Virus record (IMG/VR): IMGVR_UViG_3300042542_003555
Span: 64,001-128,000 of that record
DNA length: 64,000 nucleotides
Strand: one strand, 5' to 3'
DNA from: a virus
The notes under the pieces are model-generated. The model searched no databases. It worked only from the letters and a program-made list of their open reading frames with translations, and was not told the DNA's origin. Below are positions 9,943 through 18,100 of the stretch, piece after piece. The position numbers were made by a program, and so were the translations under genes. Position 1 is the stretch's first letter, and each line of letters starts with the position of its first letter.

Positions 9943-10431
9943 TCATACTGCAAGAGCGTCAATAATTAATTGCTTAGTATTGCCTAAATCTCTATGTAGA
10001 ATACCAATGCCACCTTTTTTAATGAAAGCATCAATTACATAGTCGGTATCATCTACAAGAATGGTATCTGAACCTATAGCGTATTTGGATTTTAATCCAC
10101 TACCAGGTACGATATTCTGCTTATATTTGATACCATGGTCTTGCAACCATTTTTGTTTTTGTTCTGTGACTTCTTTGTGGTACTTTGCACCACCACTAGA
10201 ACTGAGAATCTCTATATTGATGTTTGGAATATTGTCAACAAATTCTAATAGTTCTTGTCCACCTGGCCACCACTCAAGTGTAGCAAAGTTACTGCCTTCA
10301 ATAAATGTTGACCAATCTGTAGTAAACTCTTTGTTATGTCTAGATTCACCTGGTGTCTTGTTGAATAGTTCTTCAAAACGTTTCTCAAAGTTAGCTAGTA
10401 CACCGTCCATATCCAAAAATAACGTTTTCAT
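9943..10431 (-). CDS. HAD-family 5'(3')-deoxyribonucleotidase-like protein
   Basis: LDMDGVL and ILVDD motifs; start moved to MKTLFLD behind a GGAG RBS. Confidence 0.85.
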   Translation of the reverse strand: MKTLFLDMDGVLANFEKRFEELFNKTPGESRHNKEFTTDWSTFIEGSNFATLEWWPGGQELLEFVDNIPNINIEILSSSGGAKYHKEVTEQKQKWLQDHGIKYKQNIVPGSGLKSKYAIGSDTILVDDTDYVIDAFIKKGGIGILHRDLGNTKQLIIDALAV

Positions 10432-10445
10432 CAAATTCTCCATTG

Positions 10446-10453
10446 TATAAATA
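10446..10453 (+). promoter_or_regulatory. T4-type late promoter for the GIY-YIG endonuclease
   Basis: Exact TATAAATA ~55 bp upstream of the endonuclease. Confidence 0.75.
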
Positions 10454-10503
10454 GGTGTATGTCGCCGGTGGTCAGACCGCACATACTCTAACATTGAAAA
10501 GGA

Positions 10504-11061
10504 ATGTCAGCTATGATTATATATTCAATCTACAAATGTGTCAATAAAATAAACGGCAAAGTTTACATTGGGTTTGATTCCAATTGGCCTAAAAGAAAAA
10601 CCTCACATAACTACATATCATCTTCAAATAAATCAAAACATTCAAGTTTCCACCAAGCCATTAGAAAATACGGATGGAATAATTTTGAATGGGAAATTTT
10701 ATATCAATCGAAAGATAGAAACCACACATTAAAAATTATGGAACCATATTTCATACAAGAATACAACTCATATAAATGTGGATACAATAGAACTAAAGGT
10801 GGTGAAGGAACTTTTGGTAAAACTCAATCTATCAAAAATAAAAAAAATCTATCGGAAAGACAAAAAATTAAAAATAAAGAAAGTAGATGGTATAATAACG
10901 GAACAAAAAATACATTTTCAACCATTCATCCTGGTGAAGGTTGGGTTTTTGGAAGACTCAATCAAAAACCAACAACAAAAGGAAGAAAGTGGTATAATAA
11001 TGGAACAAAACAAATATTATCAGAAACTCAACCAGAAGGTTGGATATTAGGCATGTTGTGA
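10504..11061 (+). mobile_element. Free-standing GIY-YIG homing endonuclease, antisense to its neighbours
   Basis: SIY...N.INGKVYIG, FHQAIRKYG..NF, GYN.T.GGEG; two C-terminal WYNNGTK...GW..G repeats. Confidence 0.88.
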
Positions 11062-11658
11062 GTTTTCATATAGTTCCTTCAATTTATTCTTATACTTCAT
11101 TTTATCATAAACAACAAATGGTGCATACTTCTTTATTTTTCTTTGCCACATTGGCCACACAATATCATCATCAATTTTCTTCTCCCACATTGGTAAAAAG
11201 TTCATCAAGTTATTCATTATGACTAGTGTTTCTAATGTAACCTTCTTTCGCATTATCTGCATCAGTAGAACAGGAAAAGAGCCGTCTACGGGTTTAATTA
11301 TATCATGTGCATCGTAATTGTCAAGTAAATATTGTGTGTCAGATTCAAACTGGTAGAATAGTGATTGATTTCTTTTCTTCCAGTCTGTATATACTTCTTC
11401 TGCTTCCTCTGTTAACAATTCACCAACCCACTTCGTATCACTTTCAAGAAAGTTAGCCACAAAAAAATCTCTAGCATCTTCTAGTGTGTGTTTTCTTGAT
11501 AGACGATAAAAAGCGTATTTGTTTTTGTGTGTGAGGAAAGATTCTTTGGTAGTATTAGTCTTGCCGTTATACTTGAAGTAGTCATAACTATCTGTGGTAA
11601 AATGCAACCTCAAAGCATTGTACATCATATAAACGGCTAGGCCGCTGTTTTCACTCAT
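11047..11658 (-). CDS. gp59: Helicase loader gp59
   Basis: Y.AL.LHF....YDYFKYNGK, FFVANF, ETLVI, KKY.PF; sits between gp33 and gp32. Confidence 0.92.
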   Translation of the reverse strand: MSENSGLAVYMMYNALRLHFTTDSYDYFKYNGKTNTTKESFLTHKNKYAFYRLSRKHTLEDARDFFVANFLESDTKWVGELLTEEAEEVYTDWKKRNQSLFYQFESDTQYLLDNYDAHDIIKPVDGSFPVLLMQIMRKKVTLETLVIMNNLMNFLPMWEKKIDDDIVWPMWQRKIKKYAPFVVYDKMKYKNKLKELYENSQHA

Positions 11659-11876
11659 AAAGGTAATCTACTAGTTTTCTTTAGTTGATTGTTCTTCTCG
11701 GCTTGTTCTCTGATTTTTGATTTAAGTGCTGATGATATAAGAGAGGATGCAACCTCTAACTCTAAACCTGTTTGTTCACAATGATAGAGTATTGCATCCA
11801 ACAAATCACACTTCTTCTCACCAGCCATTGCTTCAATCATCAGGCTGAATGATTTCATTTCTTCTCTTGTAGGCAT
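11655..11876 (-). CDS. gp33: Late transcription coactivator gp33
   Basis: FS..IE, DAIL.YC...LE.E....LIS..LK.KI..A...N.L, ends RLPL. Confidence 0.88.
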   Translation of the reverse strand: MPTREEMKSFSLMIEAMAGEKKCDLLDAILYHCEQTGLELEVASSLISSALKSKIREQAEKNNQLKKTSRLPL

Positions 11877-12415
11877 TATGTCCGTGTATAAAAAATATGA
11901 TTACCAATTCTCATGACAACACCTTTTTTGTTCCAGCCAGGATTGATATATGTTGCATGATAAAACATTACATTATGTGCTGCAATTTTAGCATGAGCAA
12001 TAGGTTCTGTCAATGCTTTTTTGGCAATGTATTGTGCTTCTTCCCATAGGTATTGGCTTCTTGGACGAATAACTTTTTCACATGTCCAACTAAATTGACA
12101 TACAGTCATTCCTCTGTATAAGGTTCTCTGATAAACTACACCACAAATGGTGTTTGGATAGTTACCTGATTTTGTTCTATTGATAGTAACTTGTGCCACA
12201 GCAAGTTTTCCTTCAAATGATTCACTTGCTGCTTCATAATAGATATTTTTGGCAAGACATTCAACATCTTTTGCCATGACTTGTTTAGTTTCTTGTTCAA
12301 TTTCATCTGCAACTTGTGGTGGTATTGTATATGCAAATACAGATACAGATAACAAGGCTGCTACAATTAAAAAACTAATACCACTGAAAATGTTAGTGAA
12401 TTTATCTCTAAGCAT
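11876..12415 (-). CDS. SleB-like cell wall hydrolase (Hydrolase_2) with N-terminal signal/anchor
   Basis: CLAKNIYYEA, AVAQVTINR, PNTICGVVYQ, CQFSW, IGNHIFY. Confidence 0.92.
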   Translation of the reverse strand: MLRDKFTNIFSGISFLIVAALLSVSVFAYTIPPQVADEIEQETKQVMAKDVECLAKNIYYEAASESFEGKLAVAQVTINRTKSGNYPNTICGVVYQRTLYRGMTVCQFSWTCEKVIRPRSQYLWEEAQYIAKKALTEPIAHAKIAAHNVMFYHATYINPGWNKKGVVMRIGNHIFYTRT

Positions 12416-12463
12416 TGTTTCTCCTTAGTAGTTAGGGAGAGGCCAAAGCCTCTCTTGTCCCGA

Positions 12464-12736
12464 TCAGGTAGACTTTTTGCTAGTAGTCTTTTCTGGTGTG
12501 ATGTTTGAAACGAAACCATTCAAAGACTGTGCTTTGGTGATGATATCGTTTTCTGTGGGATAGGTTGGGTAGGCAGGATGTTCAGGTATTGGTTGTCCGT
12601 TTAGTTTAGCAGACTCTACCTTTACGTGCCATTCATTGGTTAGGCGATCTTTGTTAGAGTGATATTCTTCTAACAAAAGTCCTTGCGCCATTTTTAAAAG
12701 TTCAAGACGAATTTCAAAAGGTGTGAGATTACTCAT
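12464..12736 (-). CDS. Conserved small phage protein
   Basis: MSNLTPFEIRLELLKMA...YPT..DII.KA..LN.FVS; AAGGAG RBS. Confidence 0.8.
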   Translation of the reverse strand: MSNLTPFEIRLELLKMAQGLLLEEYHSNKDRLTNEWHVKVESAKLNGQPIPEHPAYPTYPTENDIITKAQSLNGFVSNITPEKTTSKKST

Positions 12737-12821
12737 ATACTTCTCCTTGTGTTGTGTGTAAGTGTAGTAGTGAGTTTGGATCAGGCACTCACAAGACCTG
12801 TAATACTGCAACCAGTATTAT

Positions 12822-12829
12822 TATTTATA
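12822..12829 (-). promoter_or_regulatory. T4-type late promoter overlapping the rubrerythrin stop codon
   Basis: Exact TATAAATA on the minus strand. Confidence 0.7.
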
Positions 12830-13259
12830 GTTGTCCTGCTTTGTAAGCATCAAGAGTTTTCTTGAACTTACCTGCATGAGAACGTTCTGCTTTCGCTAAT
12901 GTTTCAAACCAATCTGCAATTTCATCAAAGCCTTCTTCACGGGCTGTCTTAGCCATACCTGGATACATATCGGTGTATTCGTGAGTCTCACCTTCAATGG
13001 CAGATTCAAGTGCCTCTGCAACATTACTTACTTGCATACCTGTTGCAGGATCGCCAGCGGAACCATTCAACAAATATTCCATATGACCGTGTGCATGTCC
13101 AGTTTCACCTTCTGCTGTGTGACGAAATACCGCAGCAACTTCTGGTGAACCTTCAATGTCAGCCATGTTTGCAAAATATAGATAACGGCGATTTGCTTGT
13201 GATTCACCTGCAAATGCTTCTTTCAAATTCAATTCAGTTTTAGTTCCTTTGACGCTCAT
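12825..13259 (-). CDS. rbr: Rubrerythrin, short form without rubredoxin domain
   Basis: [43 protein letters not shown] di-iron motifs. Confidence 0.95.
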   Translation of the reverse strand: MSVKGTKTELNLKEAFAGESQANRRYLYFANMADIEGSPEVAAVFRHTAEGETGHAHGHMEYLLNGSAGDPATGMQVSNVAEALESAIEGETHEYTDMYPGMAKTAREEGFDEIADWFETLAKAERSHAGKFKKTLDAYKAGQL

Positions 13260-13271
13260 AGTGTCTCCTAA

Positions 13272-13346
13272 TTAACGATTCGCAATATACATTGTGATTT
13301 CAAAACCAAAACGCATATCGTTTGCTTGTGGTGTCATCCAGGTCAT
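13272..13346 (-). CDS. pqqA: PQQ precursor peptide PqqA (MTWMTPQANDMRFGFEITMYIANR)
   Basis: 24 aa with W..P..D.RFGFEITMY.ANR and the E-x-x-x-Y core; AGGAG RBS; below the ORF-track cutoff. Confidence 0.95.
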   Translation of the reverse strand: MTWMTPQANDMRFGFEITMYIANR

Positions 13347-13392
13347 AGTAGTCTCCTAAAATTAAAAGTCGTAGCAACATGCTACAACTGAA

Positions 13393-13422
13393 ATTATATA
13401 TCGACTTGATGGGATTTGTCAA
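13393..13422 (-). promoter_or_regulatory. Sigma70-type promoter for pqqA-rbr
   Basis: TTGACA-18 bp-TATAAT. Confidence 0.8.
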
Positions 13423-13440
13423 GTAGTGAAAATCATGATT

Positions 13441-13740
13441 ATAAGCTAGTTGATTCTGTTGCCAAGTTCAACTAGCAAAACTCCGGTCAGTGTTTAAGCT
13501 GCCAGTGCGAACTTTTCATCGTTTGCATTTATGGATTTGCTTGATTTACGGTCATCGCCTACCGTGTTGTCCATATCCTTACTCATTGCCCTGTCGAAAC
13601 CAGGTCAGCCCCATCAGAAGCACATTAGGGTGTAGCAGCCCCACCAGGATCCCTACTGTAGTGGTTAATGTGCTTTTGGTGGAGCTGGGCGGAATCGAAC
13701 CGCCGTCCAGAACACCTTTCATTCTACTTCATACAACAAT
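13441..13740 (-). ncRNA. ssrA: Circularly permuted (two-piece) tmRNA, tag ANDEKFALAA
   Basis: Acceptor piece (T-arm GGCGG-TTCGATT-CCGCC, then CAGCTCCACCA ending 13677) precedes the GGGGCTG 5' end (13612); G3-U pair; tag frame 13526-13494; outer ends approximate. Confidence 0.93.
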
Positions 13741-13744
13741 AAGG

Positions 13745-13835
13745 TACACACTATGTAGGATTCCCACCTACGTTACCGACCAGCGGTATCTTAGTTTATC
13801 CGTCGCCTTTGCCACTTCTAGATGAATAGTGTGTA
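13745..13835 (-). ncRNA. tRNA-like structured RNA with non-canonical anticodon arm
   Basis: 10-bp closing stem TACACACTAT/ATAGTGTGTA, D-loop-like AGAAGTGGCAA, T-arm-like GTAGG-TGGGAAT-CCTAC. Confidence 0.6.
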
Positions 13836-13837
13836 TT

Positions 13838-14002
13838 TTATTTAGATTTTTCAACTAAAACACATCTTGCAGTGACATTATTTCTACTTCCTACTAATAA
13901 TGTTGCTGCTTCCCAACATTCTTCAAATCGTTCATACGTTTTCATTTGAACTTCATGTACTTCACCTGAGATGACGAATGTTAAGAACAATGCGTAGAAC
14001 AT
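13838..14002 (-). CDS. Small two-Cys protein (54 aa)
   Basis: MFYALFLTFVISG...YERFEEC...ARCV; AGGA RBS; not in ORF track. Confidence 0.65.
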   Translation of the reverse strand: MFYALFLTFVISGEVHEVQMKTYERFEECWEAATLLVGSRNNVTARCVLVEKSK

Positions 14003-14334
14003 TTTAGTTCCTATTTAAATGGCCAATTGTTTATAGAAATAACAATTATAAAAATCAACCAACCAACTCTTAGAACATTATCAAATATTCGTTCGTATGT
14101 GTCAATTAATCTTTTTTTTCTTCTCTCATTATGTATTTCGCTCATTGATAGCCTTTTCAACAAAATAGATATTTACTGCATTACCAAAAGTAAGCAGAAA
14201 AAACATTACTAGTCCCATAGTGGTCTCCTATTCATCTATTAACATCCAAATGCAAAAACATATTAAACAACCAACTATTAGACCTACGTGGAAGCCTAAA
14301 ATATATTGCATTGTAACATTATTCTATTGGAAAG

Positions 14335-14997
14335 TCAATATTTATTCTGGTGATAATACTTAATAGCTTCTGCTAAACCGTTTAGATGATCTTCGGTTTT
14401 CTCTTTGAAGATAATTGGTGGTGAGTCTTTGACTGCCATAATAATAATAAGATTGTTAATTGGGGTGCCAATTAGTTCTTCATACATCAAAGAGTATGCA
14501 GTAGTTTGCCAAAAGTATTCAAGAATATCATCACGTTTCTTTGCTCTACTGGCAGTCTTAAAGTCAATGATAGATAGTTCACCTTCATATTCTGCTATAC
14601 AGTCTACTCTGCCAGCCATACCTATCGTTGTAGACCAAAGTGCTTGCTCTTGATAGTGTATGTTGTTTATATAGTTCAGATAAGGCTTGATTGAGAGGAA
14701 ATACTCAACAGCATCAGGCATGACACCTTTCATATAATCCTGTTTGTTGTTAAGATAAGCCTCGCAGATAGTGTGTACATTAGTGCCACGTGAGGTTGCT
14801 TGTTTGGAGATACGATTGGCTTCTTCTTCACCAACTCTTGCTCTCCATTCCATAATGGCTTTCTTTTTCTTGGCACCAACAACAGTAGTTACAGATGGTA
14901 GCTTAGTACCATCTGGCAACTTGTAATATCTTTTACCGTCAGGAAAAGTTTCTGATTGAAGGTCTTGTATTTCTTTAGGTGGGCAATAGTTAAACAT
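14335..14997 (-). CDS. PD-(D/E)XK exonuclease of T4-like phages
   Basis: PSVTTV, RGT.VH, AGRVDC, IIDFKT, Q..AY. Confidence 0.9.
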   Translation of the reverse strand: MFNYCPPKEIQDLQSETFPDGKRYYKLPDGTKLPSVTTVVGAKKKKAIMEWRARVGEEEANRISKQATSRGTNVHTICEAYLNNKQDYMKGVMPDAVEYFLSIKPYLNYINNIHYQEQALWSTTIGMAGRVDCIAEYEGELSIIDFKTASRAKKRDDILEYFWQTTAYSLMYEELIGTPINNLIIIMAVKDSPPIIFKEKTEDHLNGLAEAIKYYHQNKY

Positions 14998-15653
14998 TAT
15001 TTAAATCCAGGACCACCAACCCAAAGTACCAATGAACGACGAATACCTTTAGTGACTGGTGTAACACGATGTAATGTCCATGATGGGAAGAACCATGCAC
15101 GGCCTTTTTTCTGTTCTAAGTTTCTCACTTCATCATTACCTGTTTTAACATGTAATTCACCACCTTCAAATTCAGATGGGTCGCTTAGTAACAATGACAT
15201 GGACAACTTACGATATGGTGAGTTACCACCAGCAAGAGAGGTATCGGTGTGCCAATCATAGTGACCTTGATCATGCTGTGTGTAAGAACCAAGTTGTGCT
15301 AGTTCATAACAACCAGTCAAATCAAACTGAAAGAATTGTCTATTGGCAGACCAAACCGCATTGGTTATCTTTTGCCAAATATGGTCATTCTTACTATCAA
15401 CACCCATCCATGCAATGTTTGTTCGACGGAATTTTGGATTTACTTCTCCATTAGAACCATATCCTACTTGTGCTGCTGTCTGATCGTGCCATTCTGGTCG
15501 TGATAAAACATAATTAATGTCATCATCAGAAAGAAAACCTTCCCACCAGCACAAGTCATCTTTACCTGGTGCACTAAAAGGTGCAATTGGGTATACCAAC
15601 CCATGTAGAATTACATCACGTTTCACTTTTATCTCACTTTCTATACATGTCAA
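14997..15653 (-). CDS. 2OG-Fe(II) oxygenase (PKHD-type)
   Basis: YDWHTD, RKLS, FEGGEL, FPS..LHRVTPVTKG.R.SLV.W. Confidence 0.92.
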   Translation of the reverse strand: MTCIESEIKVKRDVILHGLVYPIAPFSAPGKDDLCWWEGFLSDDDINYVLSRPEWHDQTAAQVGYGSNGEVNPKFRRTNIAWMGVDSKNDHIWQKITNAVWSANRQFFQFDLTGCYELAQLGSYTQHDQGHYDWHTDTSLAGGNSPYRKLSMSLLLSDPSEFEGGELHVKTGNDEVRNLEQKKGRAWFFPSWTLHRVTPVTKGIRRSLVLWVGGPGFK

Positions 15654-16227
15654 TCATACGGTTTCTAACAAATGGATGTTGTCTTTCCCATCTTTTATCA
15701 CCAGCGAATTCTGCAAAAGGTCCACTCGCACGAACAAAATGACAGAATACTTGTCCAGAATAATAATCTTCGGGACCATCACATGGTTTTCTCCAGTGCA
15801 ACAAATCACATCCTTTATACACAACACCATCACCTTCAGCTAAATCAAAACGATGTCCTGCCATATATATGGGCCACGAATAGTGATGAGAACGACCTAG
15901 TTGTATTGTAACAGATATCTCACATGAAGGTCTATCAGAATGTATCTTCAGTTCATCACCATTGCCATATAATCTAGCATAAGAATAGGTAGGAATGAGT
16001 TCTTCTTCAAGAGCATCTTCAAGTCTTGGCCATACTTGTTCTAGGATTGTTTCGCAGGCAAATTCACCATGACCCGCTGCTTTTGAATTTGGTATCTGTG
16101 GATCACCACCTACTCCAAATGCACCTTTAACTGAGAGTAGGTGGGTTAGAAACTTAGATACATCAGGACTGACGAGTCCTCTGAAGTGTAAGACACCTTT
16201 ACTATTAAAATATTCACGGGAACTCAT
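15634..16227 (-). CDS. 2OG-Fe(II) oxygenase
   Basis: PTYSYARLY, L..HSDRPSCEISVT, GD.V.Y.G....HWR. Confidence 0.88.
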   Translation of the reverse strand: MSSREYFNSKGVLHFRGLVSPDVSKFLTHLLSVKGAFGVGGDPQIPNSKAAGHGEFACETILEQVWPRLEDALEEELIPTYSYARLYGNGDELKIHSDRPSCEISVTIQLGRSHHYSWPIYMAGHRFDLAEGDGVVYKGCDLLHWRKPCDGPEDYYSGQVFCHFVRASGPFAEFAGDKRWERQHPFVRNRMIDMYRK

Positions 16228-16255
16228 AAAATTTCCTTTCTATTAATTATTTTTT

Positions 16256-16927
16256 TCATGATGTAACTCTACGAACTCGACCAACAGGAGAATTATTTAC
16301 AAATAATTTATTTACAAAGAAAACAAGCGTAAGTCTTGAATCTTGACCTTCGCCAAAGAAGTCTTGTGCTGCGTGATGTAGATGTGAGTCAAAAGCAATT
16401 AAGCGATTATATATGTTCGAAATACGTATCGTTTCTTCAAACTGCGAATTATGTTCTTTTTTATATTGCTTTGCGTTTTCAATACTCATCTTGTTTAGAT
16501 AACTATCTTCTTTATATTGAGTGTTTCGATGAGCATGTTGAAGCACATTTGCTTTCTGACGATAAATTGATGTGCCCCCATTTAAATTAGAATTTGGGGT
16601 GAGATAAATGATACCCGTTACTTGTGATGTTTCTTGATCTGAATGAATCCAACCAGAATCGTAACCTTCATGTACGATTTGAAAATTCATCGAAACATTC
16701 CATTCTATTTGTTCTTCACGAAGTTCATAAAACTGCGAAAAAAACTTTCTGCACGTTAGTTGAAAAAAAGAATCATCAAGTTCATGAATATAATTTGACC
16801 TTAATCCTGGCCAGCGCCCCTTAGAATCAGGTAAATATTCTTGTTGTAAAGCCCATCTGCGTACTTTATCTGGTTCATCGAAGAAATTATCTAGAACAGT
16901 AACAGGAATTGTTTGCATGTATTGCAT
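16256..16927 (-). CDS. 2OG-Fe(II) oxygenase-like protein
   Basis: DNFF..PD, WPG.R, WIHSD, YL.P...GT, N.YNRL..FD...H, RLTLVFF. Confidence 0.85.
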   Translation of the reverse strand: MQYMQTIPVTVLDNFFDEPDKVRRWALQQEYLPDSKGRWPGLRSNYIHELDDSFFQLTCRKFFSQFYELREEQIEWNVSMNFQIVHEGYDSGWIHSDQETSQVTGIIYLTPNSNLNGGTSIYRQKANVLQHAHRNTQYKEDSYLNKMSIENAKQYKKEHNSQFEETIRISNIYNRLIAFDSHLHHAAQDFFGEGQDSRLTLVFFVNKLFVNNSPVGRVRRVTS

Positions 16928-16929
16928 AA

Positions 16930-17520
16930 TTATTTTTGTGTGAAATTAACGTCAAATGCGATTGAGATTCTATCTTGATCGGTCAAATTAGGTAAAACAT
17001 AATGTTTAATCCACGAGGGCATAATAATCAACTTACACGGTTCTGGTTTATAATAGACGTTTGACATCGAGCGTTCAATTGATGCTTCTTTAAACGGTTG
17101 TTCAGCGTAGTGATATGAGAATTGTTGAGAAGGATGTTCTAATACGAGATCGCCACAATTTTCATGTCCAGTCACATAGTATACACCAGAAAAGGTCCAA
17201 CCTCTATGGGTATGCGGATTATTTGTGTGACCTTTACCATTAATGTTTACCCAGCAATTATCGATGTTTAATTTTATATCATCTCTAAAATTAAAACCTT
17301 TATGAAGTGTTTCAAGCCGTTGATTGACATTATAAAACAATTCATTTAAAGCTGGAATATAACCAGTTAACTGTGTGCTATGCCATCCACCATAGTTTGA
17401 AAAATGTGATGTTTCACCTTGTTGTTGACGAAGATCGTAACAGAATTTTTTGATCGATTCGTTATCAATTTCAAGCATATCAACAGCAACGGTTGACACA
17501 AAAATATTTTCAACTAGCAT
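16930..17520 (-). CDS. TIGR02466-like 2OG-Fe(II) oxygenase
   Basis: SN.GGW.S, W.NIN, HTH, SGVYY, PSW..H.V.PN, RISIAF. Confidence 0.88.
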   Translation of the reverse strand: MLVENIFVSTVAVDMLEIDNESIKKFCYDLRQQQGETSHFSNYGGWHSTQLTGYIPALNELFYNVNQRLETLHKGFNFRDDIKLNIDNCWVNINGKGHTNNPHTHRGWTFSGVYYVTGHENCGDLVLEHPSQQFSYHYAEQPFKEASIERSMSNVYYKPEPCKLIIMPSWIKHYVLPNLTDQDRISIAFDVNFTQK

Positions 17521-17560
17521 TGATAATAATTGTTGAAGTTTTCATAATATAATAGTTTGT

Positions 17561-18100
17561 CTAATGTTTATACCAATACCATATATTTTCAGATATATGA
17601 ATTTCATGCATCATATTGTTTTCTCTTTTAAACTTAAAGAGAGCGTCATTCACACCATCAATACTAAAATCGTCGCCAGAAAATAGTCCGCCAATTTTTA
17701 CTTTAGGATACCAAGTAACAATATCATTATATACAGATTCAAAAGAATGGTTACCATCAATAAAAACAAAATCTAAACTTTCGTCTTCAAAACTGTCAGA
17801 AGCTTCTAAAGATGTTTTTATGATTAATTCTACATTATCTAAATTTGATACATTATCTTGCGCTTGTTTTTTAGCGGGTTCTAACGAATCTATATCAACA
17901 AATCTTTTCCAATTACCATAAGGTTGATATGGGTCGATTCCATATATTTTTTTTATATTAGGACATTCGATAGCGAGTCTTTTTAAATTTTCGCCTTCCC
18001 AAACACCAATCTCAACACCTACAATATCAGTAGTTGAATTTTTTATGAGATTTATTAATGTGTTTTTACTTTTCGATGATCCAACATTAATACTCGACAA
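17561..18100 (-). CDS. Class I SAM-dependent methyltransferase (start uncertain)
   Basis: VEIGVWEG, GIDP, DFVFIDGNH, W.PKVK.GG.FSGDD. Confidence 0.85.
   Translation of the reverse strand: MSSINVGSSKSKNTLINLIKNSTTDIVGVEIGVWEGENLKRLAIECPNIKKIYGIDPYQPYGNWKRFVDIDSLEPAKKQAQDNVSNLDNVELIIKTSLEASDSFEDESLDFVFIDGNHSFESVYNDIVTWYPKVKIGGLFSGDDFSIDGVNDALFKFKRENNMMHEIHISENIWYWYKH

Noticed and set aside
13490-13825. 111-aa plus-strand ORF
   Set aside because: Antisense shadow of the tmRNA and tRNA-like RNA.
13745-13835. Amber-suppressor tRNA or TAG recoding (CUA in the loop)
   Set aside because: Loop geometry is non-canonical, core genes are full length in the standard code, and gp2 ends in TAG at its expected length.
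14335-14997. Exonuclease as Cas4
   Set aside because: No C-terminal Fe-S cysteine cluster, and no cas genes or array in the window.
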